Source of the DNA: Sporopachydermia quercuum
Taxonomy: Eukaryota
Direction: 5' to 3'
NCBI GenBank assembly: GCA_001599295.1
Contig: BCGN01000002.1
Span: 620,001-684,000 of the forward strand
DNA: 64,000 nt
The notes beneath the pieces were generated by a model that worked only from the letters and a program-made list of their open reading frames with translations, made no database searches and was not told the origin of the DNA. Of the stretch, positions 21,076-34,058 are shown piece by piece. The first letter of the stretch is position 1. Each line of letters starts with the position of its first letter. Made by a program: the position numbers and the translations under genes.

Positions 21076-24000
21076 GGAAACGCCTTCGGGGGTCAAATGA
21101 GATGTCGGTTGTGTGCCTAACCAGCTTAAGAGGCTTTTTGATAGCTAAGCCAGTAGGATGGACTTAGAGGAGACGCAATGTTAGCCAGAGGGGTATGACA
21201 TGAGATTTTAGTTGAAAGGAGATGGGAAGTTATGTCCAGGAGATAAATCGATAGAAAAAAGGGCAAGGAAAGAGCATTTTTATATATAAATGAGATTTAT
21301 ATTTTGTTGAAAAATATAAATAGGGTGTCATCTAATTTGTTAGTTTTCTAGTGTTAGTTTTATGTCATTGTAATAACATAACTCATATCATTGNACGTGA
21401 TGGACGTTTGAAGACTAGAAAAGTGAATTAATAATTACATAATCTGATATAAACTGATATATGTAATATAAAGCTGAATTAATGATATAGAAATCAAATA
21501 TTGTCAATTCCTCTTTCCATAGCGTAATATGAAAAAATAAAAATAAACTTATAAGGTTTTAATAATAGCGTACTAAAAAACTTTAAAATCATTATCTGGG
21601 CTCTACCATTTGAAGGTGAATCCAGAAAGATGGACCGTTACGATTATGAAGTTGATGGTAGGTATACTGTTGAGAATACTATCTTTAGTTGATTATATAG
21701 ATGAAATTGGTTTTACTCGTTGAGGACTTTGAAAAGGAACTGAAAATTGGATTAAACAGTAGAACTCGATACTGCGTAATGTGTAATGTTCCGAAAAGTT
21801 GACTAAGAGATGGAAACGGCGCTATTGCAATTAATGCAGATGAATAAATATAGTATAACGCGGATGGAGTTAAGGAAAGGCAAGGCAAAACCCAGATTCA
21901 GCTACGGGCTCAGTTTACGATCTACGATGAATGCGCAAGGAAATAGGCGCATAGGTGATAATGTACTAATGACATTGGCCAATTTTCTCGTAAACATTCT
22001 ATTACCTATGAGTAGTTTCATTAGCTATTTCGTTTTAATCGCTNTCTTAAGTATGAGATTTCGAGACTTTTCGGTCAAAAGTTGAGACAAAAGTTTATTG
22101 AGAGTGTAAGCGATTCGACTTTAGAACGAACGTTACAACAAAAAAAACTTGGTTCTTCTTTCGGGCTCTAAATCAAGCGTTCTGTCACACATGGAGAAAA
22201 CGATGGAACACCAGAGTACTCAGTTGCCATTGAACTATTAGCGGTTTACTATTAGATTGACTGCTGTTCATTACTGGCNGACTGAAGACTGAAAACAAAA
22301 TGTTTCTAACAAGTTCTGATAAGTATGCAAGAATGAAAAAAGAAGAAAACTAAAATTTCCGTAAAGCACACTTCTCTATCAAACGTTCAACCTCAATGTT
22401 ATTTTTGAGTGCCTTAAAGAAGATTTTCCGGCCTACTTTCGCTATTTGATGAAATAGTTAGTACTAATAATGCATCATTAATCAAGAGACTTTTGATTTG
22501 GTTTCAGTCATTTTCGTAGTGGATGGCTCATTTTGATTTTCCTATTCTGTTTATGCTATGTATACCCTGTATACTGAAACAAGCCAAGACAGCTGAGCAT
22601 TTCTATAATTATTCATTATATGATCTACAATCAGAATGCCAAAATATGTATAGATAGCGATAAGTTATTAGTTATACTGAAGCTCCTTAAACACTGTAAT
22701 AGTAAGTAAAATCATGTTATAGGTAGGTAGTAGTAGTAAGCCCAAGAATAGCTTCGAAGCAAAGTTCGACTTTCGGTATACATAATTCATGTATTTGTCT
22801 TAAAACATTACTTGTAAAGGGGAGTTAATGTTAGAAGATAAGATAGAGCAAAGAGATAATTGTGATTGATATGAGAAGGCTGAATTATAGATAATTAGTA
22901 AAGACATAAAATAGGAATTTGACATCTGGGTGAAATTTGGAGGTGCAGATAATTGGTAAAAGGAGTAAAAAAGCAGGCCAAAAATGAAGGTGCATTATAG
23001 AGATGTGAGATGATTAGGTGGGATTATGATCTCAAGCAAAAATATAATGGCTGCGTCGAACTAAAGGGAAAAATAAGATCGGAAGAAGCATACATTCTAT
23101 ACTTGACTCATTTGTTTGATCGATGCGAGCAATTAATATTTGACAACTGGCTTCATTCATTACCTGATATGAAACAACTCAAACGTAGATACATAGAAAA
23201 TCTATATCATGCAAATGATTATTTCTTCGGTCATACCATATACCATGTACTAATTCGACAGTAATTTTAGGGCAATAATTTTAAGGATAACTATCAATTT
23301 GACTATTTGAGCCATTGCATTCAGTTATTCAATCCAAGAAGAACCGATTTGCAAACTTAGTCACTGCAGGGTGCTTTTCATCAGATTTGAAGTTATTACG
23401 ATTTGAGCTATTCGTACCTTCCACAAATCAAAACTGGGACCAAATCAATAAACAGGAGACTTCAAATCAATTGAAACTACGAACCTGATTTTAGGTTATC
23501 CTCGTGTTTTGAAATCTCATCAACAGAAACATCAGAATATAAGTAAAATAAACTAAAATAAAATATAACAAAAGAAAAGAAATAATATCAGTAATCCTTA
23601 TTCACTCTCCAATATTCCCTAGTCTCTCGAGCTCAATTTTAGTCTTTATTACAGTAGCATCAAAATCCAATGATAAGTTAAGGCTGTTCCTATCACCAAG
23701 TCGAATTGAGGAGTAGTAGATGGTGTTCATTCAAAAGGTGGAAGGAAGATTGACAGTGGAGAGGAGCTACATAATTAAAGTGGATATAAACTATAGAAAA
23801 ACCCAAAAAAGGAAGTGTAAATTCTAATGCTAAATCTAACTTTATACTATAACTTTATATTATAACACATAGCCAAGCGAAGTGGGGAATAAGGAGATTG
23901 TTTGTCCATGTAGATTAATAGAACTTTATGAACAACCCAAGTACAACGGCCTATTTTCCACCAAATAAGGGTTATCTATTTTTTAGTCATTGGAAAAAGA

Positions 24001-26674
24001 AAGATATAGAAAGAGATGAATCTTACACATATATCACCGAGCAATATTCAAGCACGGGCGCCTATGAAGAACTCTAAAACACGAATTTTCTACTAACAGT
24101 AACCTTATTTCATTTAGAAACAGGTTACCTCAGGCTTTAGGTCCAGAGGTGATAAAGTTTAGCTTGGGCAATTTCATCCAGATTATCAAGTTACTTGAGT
24201 GAAATCCAAATGACAATAATCTAGAATGTAGTTGACCTTTCCTTGGGCATCTTTGATGACATTATAACCATGATGAATAAATAACAGAGAATGGAGAATG
24301 GAGAAGAAAATGAGAATAAATACATGAAACAGCTTCCAGGCGTTGCAATCTTTCAGTATGTAGTATTATTACTAGCAATACCCCTGCTTTCACTATATTT
24401 TCAGATGGTGTAGAAAAGTTAATGGTTTTGATTCTGTTGAGACATTAATGAAACTTCTGGGATCGACCGTACTTGTATATTTTATAATTATAAAAAGCCT
24501 ACCATAATGACTAGACGATAGTGAGAAAGGGTGGAGCGGAATGGTATTGATATTGATATTAACATCGAGTTTGATTTATCAATAAAACAGATAATGTAGC
24601 TTTGCTATGTAGGTAAGTGAACAATTACTTTTAGTCGGCAATTAGAGTAGAGAGACTCGGGGTTGTTTCATTCTAATCATTATGTCATACATGCATGGAA
24701 CTTTGGATATTTCTATCTTCCATTGAGAAGACATAGTATAATTATATTGACAACGNAGTCAAATTATTCTATTCTATTTAAAAATTTTGTATGATATCGA
24801 TGCTTATTAAATCATTTGTTGGTTCGATATCAAAAGCCAACAAATTTACTCTATACTCTACATAGCTAGATTTTTACTGTCCTTCGTCTATAATTCTATA
24901 TAAAGTCTAAGAACAACTGGCATGCTCTGAGAACAATTCATTGTACAGTGAATATTAACTTGCAGAAAAGAAAAAAGACATATATTTTGACATTCTACAC
25001 AGACGATTTCATATTTAAAACCTCTTAAATACGAACCTCAAAGCATGTTTGATAATTCCAATATTACCGAAACTATAAACAATTTGCGACGGTAATTACG
25101 GTAGTGTTGTAGAACAGTAGAACGAAGCAATACAGAAGCCGAAAAAGACGAGGGACTTGAAAAAGAGATGGATATGGAACTCTAAGTTGACAACAATAGC
25201 TTTTTTTTTTGTTTATTATCATCCCACGAGAAAAAAGACTCATCATTGCCATCACATTCGAGGTATTATTATATATTATATTCTAATACATCAGGCCTTT
25301 TCATTCAAGTTTCACAAAGCTTAACATAACAACTTCCTTACTGTAACTTCCTTTAGAATATACTATTTCAATCACAGGCAGACGTAGGGCACTATAGAAT
25401 TAAACTAATTACACTCAATTCAGTACAACTCAGCTCATCTTTCCATTATCACGTTTCATATTTTGCTCAGTTGTAATTTAAAACAAAAAATAATGATTGC
25501 AGATGAAATTCGTTCAATTAAACATTGAGTTAGCTAAGACTAGATCGCCCCTCCTTTGATTGTTACCCGCCTAATTAATACAATGCATAGAATAAACAGG
25601 TAGTACATCATGTAACAGAAATAATTGTTTGAATCAAGAGTGACTTGACGCTTGAACTTAACTGGTCAAAAAAGATTACAACTATTATTCAATTACTTAA
25701 CTGTTTGATTGATTATTACAGGTTTGGTTGCATTATGAAAAATTCGAGACATGCATTTCTCAGTAGAGAGTAAAATGGTTCAAATCCAGGAAGAAGTTTA
25801 CAGCGATTACTAACCCTTCCTAAAGAGAAAACAGAGTTAAACTCAATCCAAACGTTCTAAAGTCTTAAAAAGCAAAGGCAAAAATAGAGTTTGAGTTTCA
25901 ACTCAATTGTTAGTAGTTTCCATTTACTTCTAAAATAAGTCAGTATATAACAAATAAGACGTAGCTGCAAAATTAGATTGCCATATCTAGCCGTGTGTGA
26001 GATGAATATGATGATGATGAAGAGAATAAAAAAGCTATTTGATTGATAGTCTTTATTGAGAGACGAAAGTTGATATATGAGGTATGAATACATCATTGAA
26101 AACTCAATGTGAGGAAACTGACTTTTGAACCGCAAAACCTATTGTATAATGCTGTTGCTAGAGAGAGGTAATGTTATATATCAATATCTGGATTAGTTTA
26201 TATCTCCTTGAGATAAAACATCAATTCTACGATAAGGTGTGCGAGTGAGTTTGAAGTGAACTACTATACAAATTGATTAGATCATACTATTATACTTAGA
26301 CTACCATCTGTAGAACTATAAACAAAACTATTCGCTGAGACTTTCCATCAATAGGCTCAAGATTGAAAGGCCAATTCCTAATGTGTTGTTCAATCGACTT
26401 GTTACTTGAATTTGTCACAACACACGATCTCTTTCCTCCTTTATGTCTTATGTCTTTGATCAACCAGTTGACTACCAAAACGTCTTTCTTTCTTCACTTT
26501 ATTCCCACAATACCATATCTTTCCCGTATCCTTTCCCATGTATGTAATAAATAAAAATATAAAACAGCCACATCTAATAGTACTTCCTNTTCCTATTCTC
26601 TCAAATTTAATCATTCTCGTAATTTCTTTCTCATATACTTATTCCATTCTCTCTACAATCACAGCCTTATCACC

Positions 26675-28471
26675 CTAAATATTCGACTTATTCTTCTTTT
26701 GAGGACAAAACTTATAATCTGGATGTGCCAATTTATGTATTTGCTTTTCTTCTTCACTGAATTTAGCAAAGGCATTCTTTACTTCAGAAGACTCAGTTTG
26801 CCACATCAAAGCGACAGCTTGTGAAATGTTCTGGTGATTCAATTTGGCAGTTCCTTTAATGATCTTATCACTGTAAAGGCCAGATTTCTCATTTTCATGC
26901 ATCATATAAGCCATTGCAACAGAGAAAATGTTTGCCGCTTGAATTTGAAACTTTCTGTAAAGCATAAATGAATTCAATGGTCTCTTGACATATTCGGGAC
27001 CTCTAGACTTATTCTTCGCCCTTGTTGATGATGATATCGTATTTCCAGTAAACAAAAGATTCTTCAAATGTTCATTTCTGGTACCGCAGTCTTCACCATC
27101 AGAAGTACATAAATCCAAATAAACACCGTCATCTCTTTCTTCAATACACCATGATGAGATAACTCCCAGTCCACTTGATGTTGTGCTTAGTCCACCGTAA
27201 ATAGTGCCTTGGAAGTTATCATATAAACCTTGCTCCAAAGCTTTACGAACTTTCTCTTCAATACCAGTGATTGAAAATAAAGCAACCACTTGGTCAACGA
27301 TATCACTCTCAATTTTTCTTGCTTTTGCCAGAGTTTTTATTTTAGCTAACCTTGCTGAAGTCATTTTTGATGTCTTAATCAACAAATGTTTCTTTTCTAT
27401 AATAGGTTTGTGATTCTGATCTCTACTTAGAAATGGAGTTGAGTTAATTCTATTTCTTCCATTAGCAATACTTGGTTTCCTCACTTTATTGAGATCAATC
27501 ATATCATTAGAATTACTTAATGATCTATTTGAAGGTAGAAAAGTGGCATCGGATGTCTTAGATGAGAATAAACTACCATGGCTTCCTGAAGAGTTAATTC
27601 TTGATCTCAAAGGGCCAATGTTCAAAGGTAGATCAAGTTTAATATTATCACAAGTATCAAATAATCGACGACTAGTGCCTGTATCAGAAATAGGAAGACT
27701 TTGATATTCATTGTCATCAATTTCGGCTTGCTGTTGTGGAATTGAGTATCGTATACCATTATTTGAATAAGCGTTTCTTGAATAGCTTGTTTTCATCATA
27801 GTTGATGATGAAGAGGAGGAAGCAGCAGACATTGAAATTGATGGTCCAAAAGTTATAGAAGAATCACTTGATACTGCAGATGATCTGGAGTCATTTGATA
27901 AAAATGGCGAAAAGAAGCCAGGAGAAAGTTCCCGACTAGAACAATCATCTGATTCATTTTCATCAACTCCAAAAATCTTACTATCAAAGTTATTCCTTTC
28001 ACCAAACATGTCATTCAGAGCATAATCTTGTAGCTGTGGAACCGTATTATTGATATCTGAATTTAAACCATATGCATTATCAATTGGTAGTAGTAACTCA
28101 TATGTAGCTTCTGATAATGCCGATAAATTAACATCTGGTTCATATTTCTCATCCATGAACGAAAGTTCGTTTTGCTTAACATTTTTTTCCACATCCAATG
28201 GACTAACAGTACCAGATGATACTAAACCATTCAATTCAAAAGGTTCAATTGGCATGTTCAATATATTACTGTTATTATTGTTATTATTGTTATTNTTATT
28301 GTAAGTATTTGTAATGGTACTCAGACTGTCATCATCGAAACCAGGGGTAATCCGACTATAATTGTTCGGTTCCTGATAACGAAATACTTTATTAATTGTC
28401 GATTGATTAATTGTCACTCCGCCTCCCAATCCATGAGTTGCGGTTGGCCTGTATGTCTCTGTGTCTAACAT
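26675..28471 (-). CDS. Sequence-specific HMG-box transcription factor (MATA/SOX-type box at the C-terminus), ~598 aa
   Basis: First ATG at 28471 (frame open from 28591). Box: VKRPLNSFMLYRK...HQNISQAVALMWQTESSEVKNAF...EEEKQIHKLAHPDYKFCPQKK. Long Ser/Asn-rich N-terminal region. Confidence 0.88.
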   Translation of the reverse strand: MLDTETYRPTATHGLGGGVTINQSTINKVFRYQEPNNYSRITPGFDDDSLSTITNTYNXNNNNNNNNSNILNMPIEPFELNGLVSSGTVSPLDVEKNVKQNELSFMDEKYEPDVNLSALSEATYELLLPIDNAYGLNSDINNTVPQLQDYALNDMFGERNNFDSKIFGVDENESDDCSSRELSPGFFSPFLSNDSRSSAVSSDSSITFGPSISMSAASSSSSSTMMKTSYSRNAYSNNGIRYSIPQQQAEIDDNEYQSLPISDTGTSRRLFDTCDNIKLDLPLNIGPLRSRINSSGSHGSLFSSKTSDATFLPSNRSLSNSNDMIDLNKVRKPSIANGRNRINSTPFLSRDQNHKPIIEKKHLLIKTSKMTSARLAKIKTLAKARKIESDIVDQVVALFSITGIEEKVRKALEQGLYDNFQGTIYGGLSTTSSGLGVISSWCIEERDDGVYLDLCTSDGEDCGTRNEHLKNLLFTGNTISSSTRAKNKSRGPEYVKRPLNSFMLYRKFQIQAANIFSVAMAYMMHENEKSGLYSDKIIKGTAKLNHQNISQAVALMWQTESSEVKNAFAKFSEEEKQIHKLAHPDYKFCPQKKNKSNI

Positions 28472-31400
28472 TCTTGAATTAATCTTGGTTATATTTGTTG
28501 TTATCGATATTAATACCGCTATTATTATTGCTGATATTAGCAGTTGTGTTTTTGCTACAATTACTAGTATCAAGTCACCTCTTTTCTTCAAATCTTGATG
28601 GAAGATGAAGCAAATGCTGAAGTCTGATATCTAATGAGGGGACGGATAAGATTGCTACCACCCGTTCTGACTATTACAGTACTTTCAACAATTTGTTAAC
28701 ACAATTAATTCTTCAATGGATATAATGAATTTGAAGAAGGAAATGAGAAAATAATATGTCACTACAAAAGTCTATAAGTTAATTCTTTAGTGCACTATCA
28801 ACAATTAAGAATTGAGCAAGAGGAACATTACAGTATATATAATCATATCCCTTGATTTTAACACCTGAAAGGGATTTATGATATGGTAATTGATCATCGT
28901 GGGTACTAAGTTGATGATCAATTAAGCTTTGGGAGGTTAGATTCTATAAGTACAACTAATAAAGGTTCGGTATGCATAAATACTTAAAACCATTAAGAGA
29001 AAATGACTAAATTAGCGTAATCAAACTTAATAATAAGGAAATGTAAATAACAGGAGTGAAGTAACCCTTGAAAAGAATGGAATAAAATTGTGCTATCATT
29101 TGAAAACAGTAAGCTCTGTAGGATAAAGTTGAGGTTGCATACAAACTTGTATGCATACGTAAAGCAAAGTGTGGGAGCAATACAGTGCAGTGCCTAAGAA
29201 TCATTTTGAATGGAATATGGATGATAGGACAAATGTGAGACAGAAGTATCCAAATAGATATTTTCTCGAGTGTTCAGTNTTCATTTGTGGCAAGTTGCTA
29301 AACAGTTTCAGGAGAACATATTAANTTTACTTACAAATTAATTTACTTTGCAGTAAAAGAGAACTGCATTGCATTGGCTCACTGCAATCGTGCTGTATTT
29401 AAAAAAAATTCGTTATAACTACTGGCCTTATAACTGCTTTAGCATCGAGAATTATCATTCAATTATATCCAATAGTTTTAGCAATTTATATAATCTAGAA
29501 TATTATTACAACATAACTCCATCCAAGTTTTGTATGGTGGTTTCTTAGATACATTCTACGCACTGATATATTAATGTTAATATTTATTGTTTAATAGCTC
29601 ATCTTGATATTACAGTTAATACTAAGGTTTTGATGGATTTCAGGAAATGATCAAATATATGCTGATTTATTGAGAACCCTAATCCACTAGTCACCTTTCA
29701 TGCCGAGAGAAACCCAGTTCAAAAATCATTTAAGATTATATTAACTAGAGTTAAGCTGGTAGATTAAGTTTAATAGAATAGTATATTCAATACTTAATAA
29801 GATAAGTAGAAATTATTGAACTTTAATCTGCTAACATCGCAGTTTTCCTTCCATATTAATTAAAGTTTTGAGAATCTGAACAGATTTTTGCTTTTTAGAT
29901 TTATTGATCAGCTAAACATAAACAGCTAAACAACATCACAGTGTTCCCTTGATATAATTCGTTTATCGAAGTCGTTTGCAGCTCATTCAAAAGAGAATAG
30001 GGTAAAAAGCTACCTTTACACCCAGCAAAGGCAATATTAATAGCATTATGTCTCAAAGGGAAGATTCAAAAATTGTTTGAAATATTAACTTACTGGGGAT
30101 TAATTAACGAAGATTCAATCATGTTCCCTTTTATTCTTTATGGGCTAATGGCTCTCACAAATGCGATCCACAATTTCTTTGCACGTTAAACTTTATTCTA
30201 ACGCTCGGATTTCTTTACTCTTCGCTTATTTATAAGTTAGTCACATGTTTCTTCACTATCATCCACAACATTTTGAGTTGTTGCCGGATATGAGAAGTAA
30301 AACGTTCCTGAACGATGAAATTGAAAGAATTAAGTTAGGACTTTTGATGAAAATTTTTCTGAGGTTTCCATATTGTTTTCAGAAACATTGTTAATACCTT
30401 CTGCAGTTGTCACAGAATCAAATATATGTGACTTTCAATTATTGTTCGTATGATGATGGTACGAGAATCAGGTGAATTTGTTTAATAGACTAATACTAAT
30501 TATGATTTAAGAGTTTGGAAGCTATGATTGAAAGCACTTACTGAGATACTAACCACCTCAATGCTTTCCGATTGGCTGGGTCTAGCCAGTGTTCTGTAGT
30601 CTCCTCTCATAAGATGAATTATAGAATAGCTTGATATCCACTCAAGTAGACTTCATATGTAAACATTGGTATACATAGTTTGCTTCACTACAAAACATAA
30701 ACAATAGAGAGTTCAAAGATGTGAGCAGTATTGACATTATTTCTCAATTCAAGGCGAGTAATCCTTCTCTTTTACCAAACACTGCATATAATTTATGCAA
30801 CTATATACACCTGATGTTAAAATGATCCTACAACAAATTTTAAATCACGGTACTCCTAAGCTAATTTGTTGATAGCAGTTGAAAAACTTTCAGCACTCTT
30901 CTATTTCGTTTTCCACTACGGTCTATTCATTCAACTCCATATTTTCTAATCTCTGCTTTCATTTCAATTTTTTTTCTCTCGATTCTTCATCGTATTCAGA
31001 ATGATGTTTTCCTATTTAGATTAGCTTAAGGTTTAGATTTACTAGGATTTAACGAGATTGAACTCTATATTAAGTTTACTCAAACTTTATTATACCAGAA
31101 TAACCACATTCTAAGAAAAAAGATATCGGATATTCTAAATACAGAGAGTATGAGGTAATAAGGAAAGAGAAATGGTAGTAACGAAGCAAGATGTTTTTAT
31201 ATGGCTGAGCAGAGTTAAAATTGTATTCTTGTCAGCCTTTATTGATATAGTGATGAAATTGCGATGTTAGAATCAAAAATAAAAAATAGAACATAGAAAG
31301 GAAAAAGAAGTGAAAAGAAGTAAAAATAATTTATTGGGGGCTAGTAGGATCAGTGCACCCAGGAAATCGTCAAATGGTATCAGATGTATCCACCACAGAT

Positions 31401-34058
31401 TACGGTCTGGATAAAGAAACTTTCCCTTTCCTGAAAGTCATTCATTAGAAGCTTTTGGTATACAGGTGGGGAGATACACCAGATATCTGACCTGAACCAA
31501 GTCGACTTGTGTCAAGTTCAAATGATTCAAACGATTTCAAAAATACTGTTTCCATTGACCTTCTGTTTAGAGATATAACTCCTCGAAGTATCGAGTTCTA
31601 TTCATTTTCAGATGCTGTAACAGTTATTTCAATAAAGTGAGTAGAACTCATGGAAAAACAAGAATTGGGGCCAAAACATTTACTTTTTGTGGATTTGTAA
31701 CAGAGAATAAGTTTGGAAAGCAAAATGCAGCCTAATTTATTGGTAAGTTTTCTTCCTGCCCTCTACACCAAGACGCCTAACTCATCACTAAGGTTCCAAA
31801 AAGACAATTAAACAACTCTTTATCTTGAATTCTGTATCTCACGGTCCATTTATGAAATGTATACGAATGTTGATTTTCTACACTTAAGCATTCTAGAAAG
31901 TTGGTGAAAGAAGTCTTGTAATCTACAGTATAAAGTTGTATTGCTCATTGTGAAACTATCGCTGTTTTATAGTAATTCGAATCTATAAAAACTAACTGTG
32001 AGGTATGGATCTGGAATTACTTAGCTATTCATTTCTCAATTTATTTTTCCTTTCTTACTTGTATATGTTTGGTATATCCTCCTGCCTCTTATTCTACAAG
32101 TTATTGCACGTTCAATCCCTACGTTATTATTCTGTTCTTTAAATGTTTGTTCACACGTATGTATTTAATAGATTAGATTGAAAAGAAGTATAAACTTTGA
32201 AATATTTTGAAAGCTAAACACTGAAGGGTGTGAAGGATGCAGAGTGTTAAATANTGCTTTAAGAATAAGATTATACCTGTAAAATGATTAGTGAGAGGGA
32301 CGTTATTTGCATTTCTTATCTCAAAGTAGTGTTTTNTTCCTTTGCTTTCAAGTTCCTTTCGAGTTACTAAGTAGATGAAATGTAGAAGGTAAAACTCAAA
32401 TAGCACTAGAAGAGAAACAAGTCCTCCAGGGAAATATGCACTAATCTTCCTGCTTTCAAATGTCTGCAACTTCATATTTAGGTCCAATTCACCCAAATAT
32501 TACTATCTTCAATTCTCTACTCTAATAAAGTTACTACTTGCTACAATTGCTCTAAAAAAGTTAACATATTGGTTTTTCTCTGCAAATTGTCATTAACAAG
32601 TTATTGGTTGTATTATACCCTAAATCTCATACCAAAAGCTCAGATTACTAGTAGAATCTGCAAAAATCTGCGAAACGAATTTTTGCTTTTGCTGAACTAA
32701 GTTAATCTTTCATTAAAACGAAAACACTTACACTTATTTACTAGTTACTCATTTAGATCTTCAAGAAACGTTAAAAAAAATTTAGAGATCAGCAAGGTGT
32801 CAATCATGATTTATAGATTCTTCTTTTTTCTTTTTAGTCCTTCATAAGATACAATTGCTAACTCACCCAAACAACATGGGTTATGATAATGCAATTTTGA
32901 AGTGGTACCAGCGTGCAAGTTGCTCACAATCACATTTACTAGGGATGAGAGAAGAAAATCCTTACTGAAACAGCATGTAGTTTTCTTATTTTGGAATAAC
33001 ATTCATTGAGTTTCAACGTTTAAGAGCTGAAAGCGGAAGGATAATAATTCACTTACTCATTCTCGTTACCTATTCAGCAAAATAGTATGCAGGATTCAAC
33101 TTCAATTTCCGGAAAAGTAGATTTTGCGACCCGGCCATAAAATTGATAAATCAAGGTCCGTAAAAATTCTTACTCAGTGACGTTTCGGTTGCGCGCCGAA
33201 TGTTTGTCTGGTATTTTTCATTTATGATTCTATACGTAATTGAACTCCTAGGTTCTGGAAAAATTGAAAATTACTGAGAATACTTCTAGTGTTTTGACTT
33301 TCTAAATGAGTTTTTTATGGGTAATTCGGCAATAATATTAGTATTTTCATTTTCAGCACTTAGGCATTCTCATCTTCCAGTTTGGATCTCGTCACTTTCC
33401 ATAGTCATTTTAAGGAATATGGCTATTCTTTTCTGATCTGATCTCGATTTCAGTCTCATCAGGATTGGGTAATTATAATACTTTACATGGAAATAAGGTT
33501 TCGTTTAAAGATTAAACGTTTTTCTCAGTAGGATTTAAGCGGGTTTCAATAACCTTAATAACATACTATTTCGAGATTAGCTTACAGATTAAAGTTCTAG
33601 TAACTTGCATAAATTTCAACTCATTACGCACCTTTCTGAGAACCTCGTGATTGTCTCATTGAGTTCGTATTTTCTTACCTTAATTTATTCTTCTGCCTAA
33701 ACGTTATAGTACAAATTGAGCTTATTTCGTGCGGAAGAACTTTAATTGGAGGAACTTCAATCGAACCTTTCTGAAAGAAGGCTGCGATGAAATGCACTTA
33801 CATAATGAGAAAAAAATTGGGGAAGCAATAACATGATTCAAGCGGTAAATTGTTTTTAAACGTTGTAATCAGGATCAGTTCTTATTTCAATCTGGGACAT
33901 GAGGATAGGGTCTTTCATTAAAAGTGGTCGGCGAGTTGTGTACGTCTGATAAAAACGGAGAAAACTAAATAAAGCATGGTGCGTGAAATGAAAGTACGTA
34001 ATGTTAGTATTATTAGTGATTATATATGAAAAAGTGAATGAAAATGCGGTATAAACTA

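Noticed and set aside
21393..21800. Saccharomyces-type point centromere (GNACGTGA plus TGTAATGTTCCGAA at ~21782)
   Set aside because: Spacing of ~390 bp is too long, the spacer is not uniformly AT-rich, the CDEIII match is imperfect and the CDEI-like word contains an N.
25740..25800. tRNA gene around GGTTCAAATCC (25777-25787)
   Set aside because: B-box only; the T-stem pairs for 3 bp and no acceptor, D or anticodon arms could be built.
26675..28471. Mating-type locus (MATa2)
   Set aside because: Protein much longer than MATa2; no a1, alpha1 or alpha2 gene and no SLA2, DIC1 or APN2 nearby.
20830..34058. Retrotransposon, LTR pair or a-factor pheromone gene in the deserts
   Set aside because: No gag/pol/transposase motifs, no long direct repeats visible by eye, no short ORF ending in a CAAX box; a solo LTR cannot be excluded without a search.
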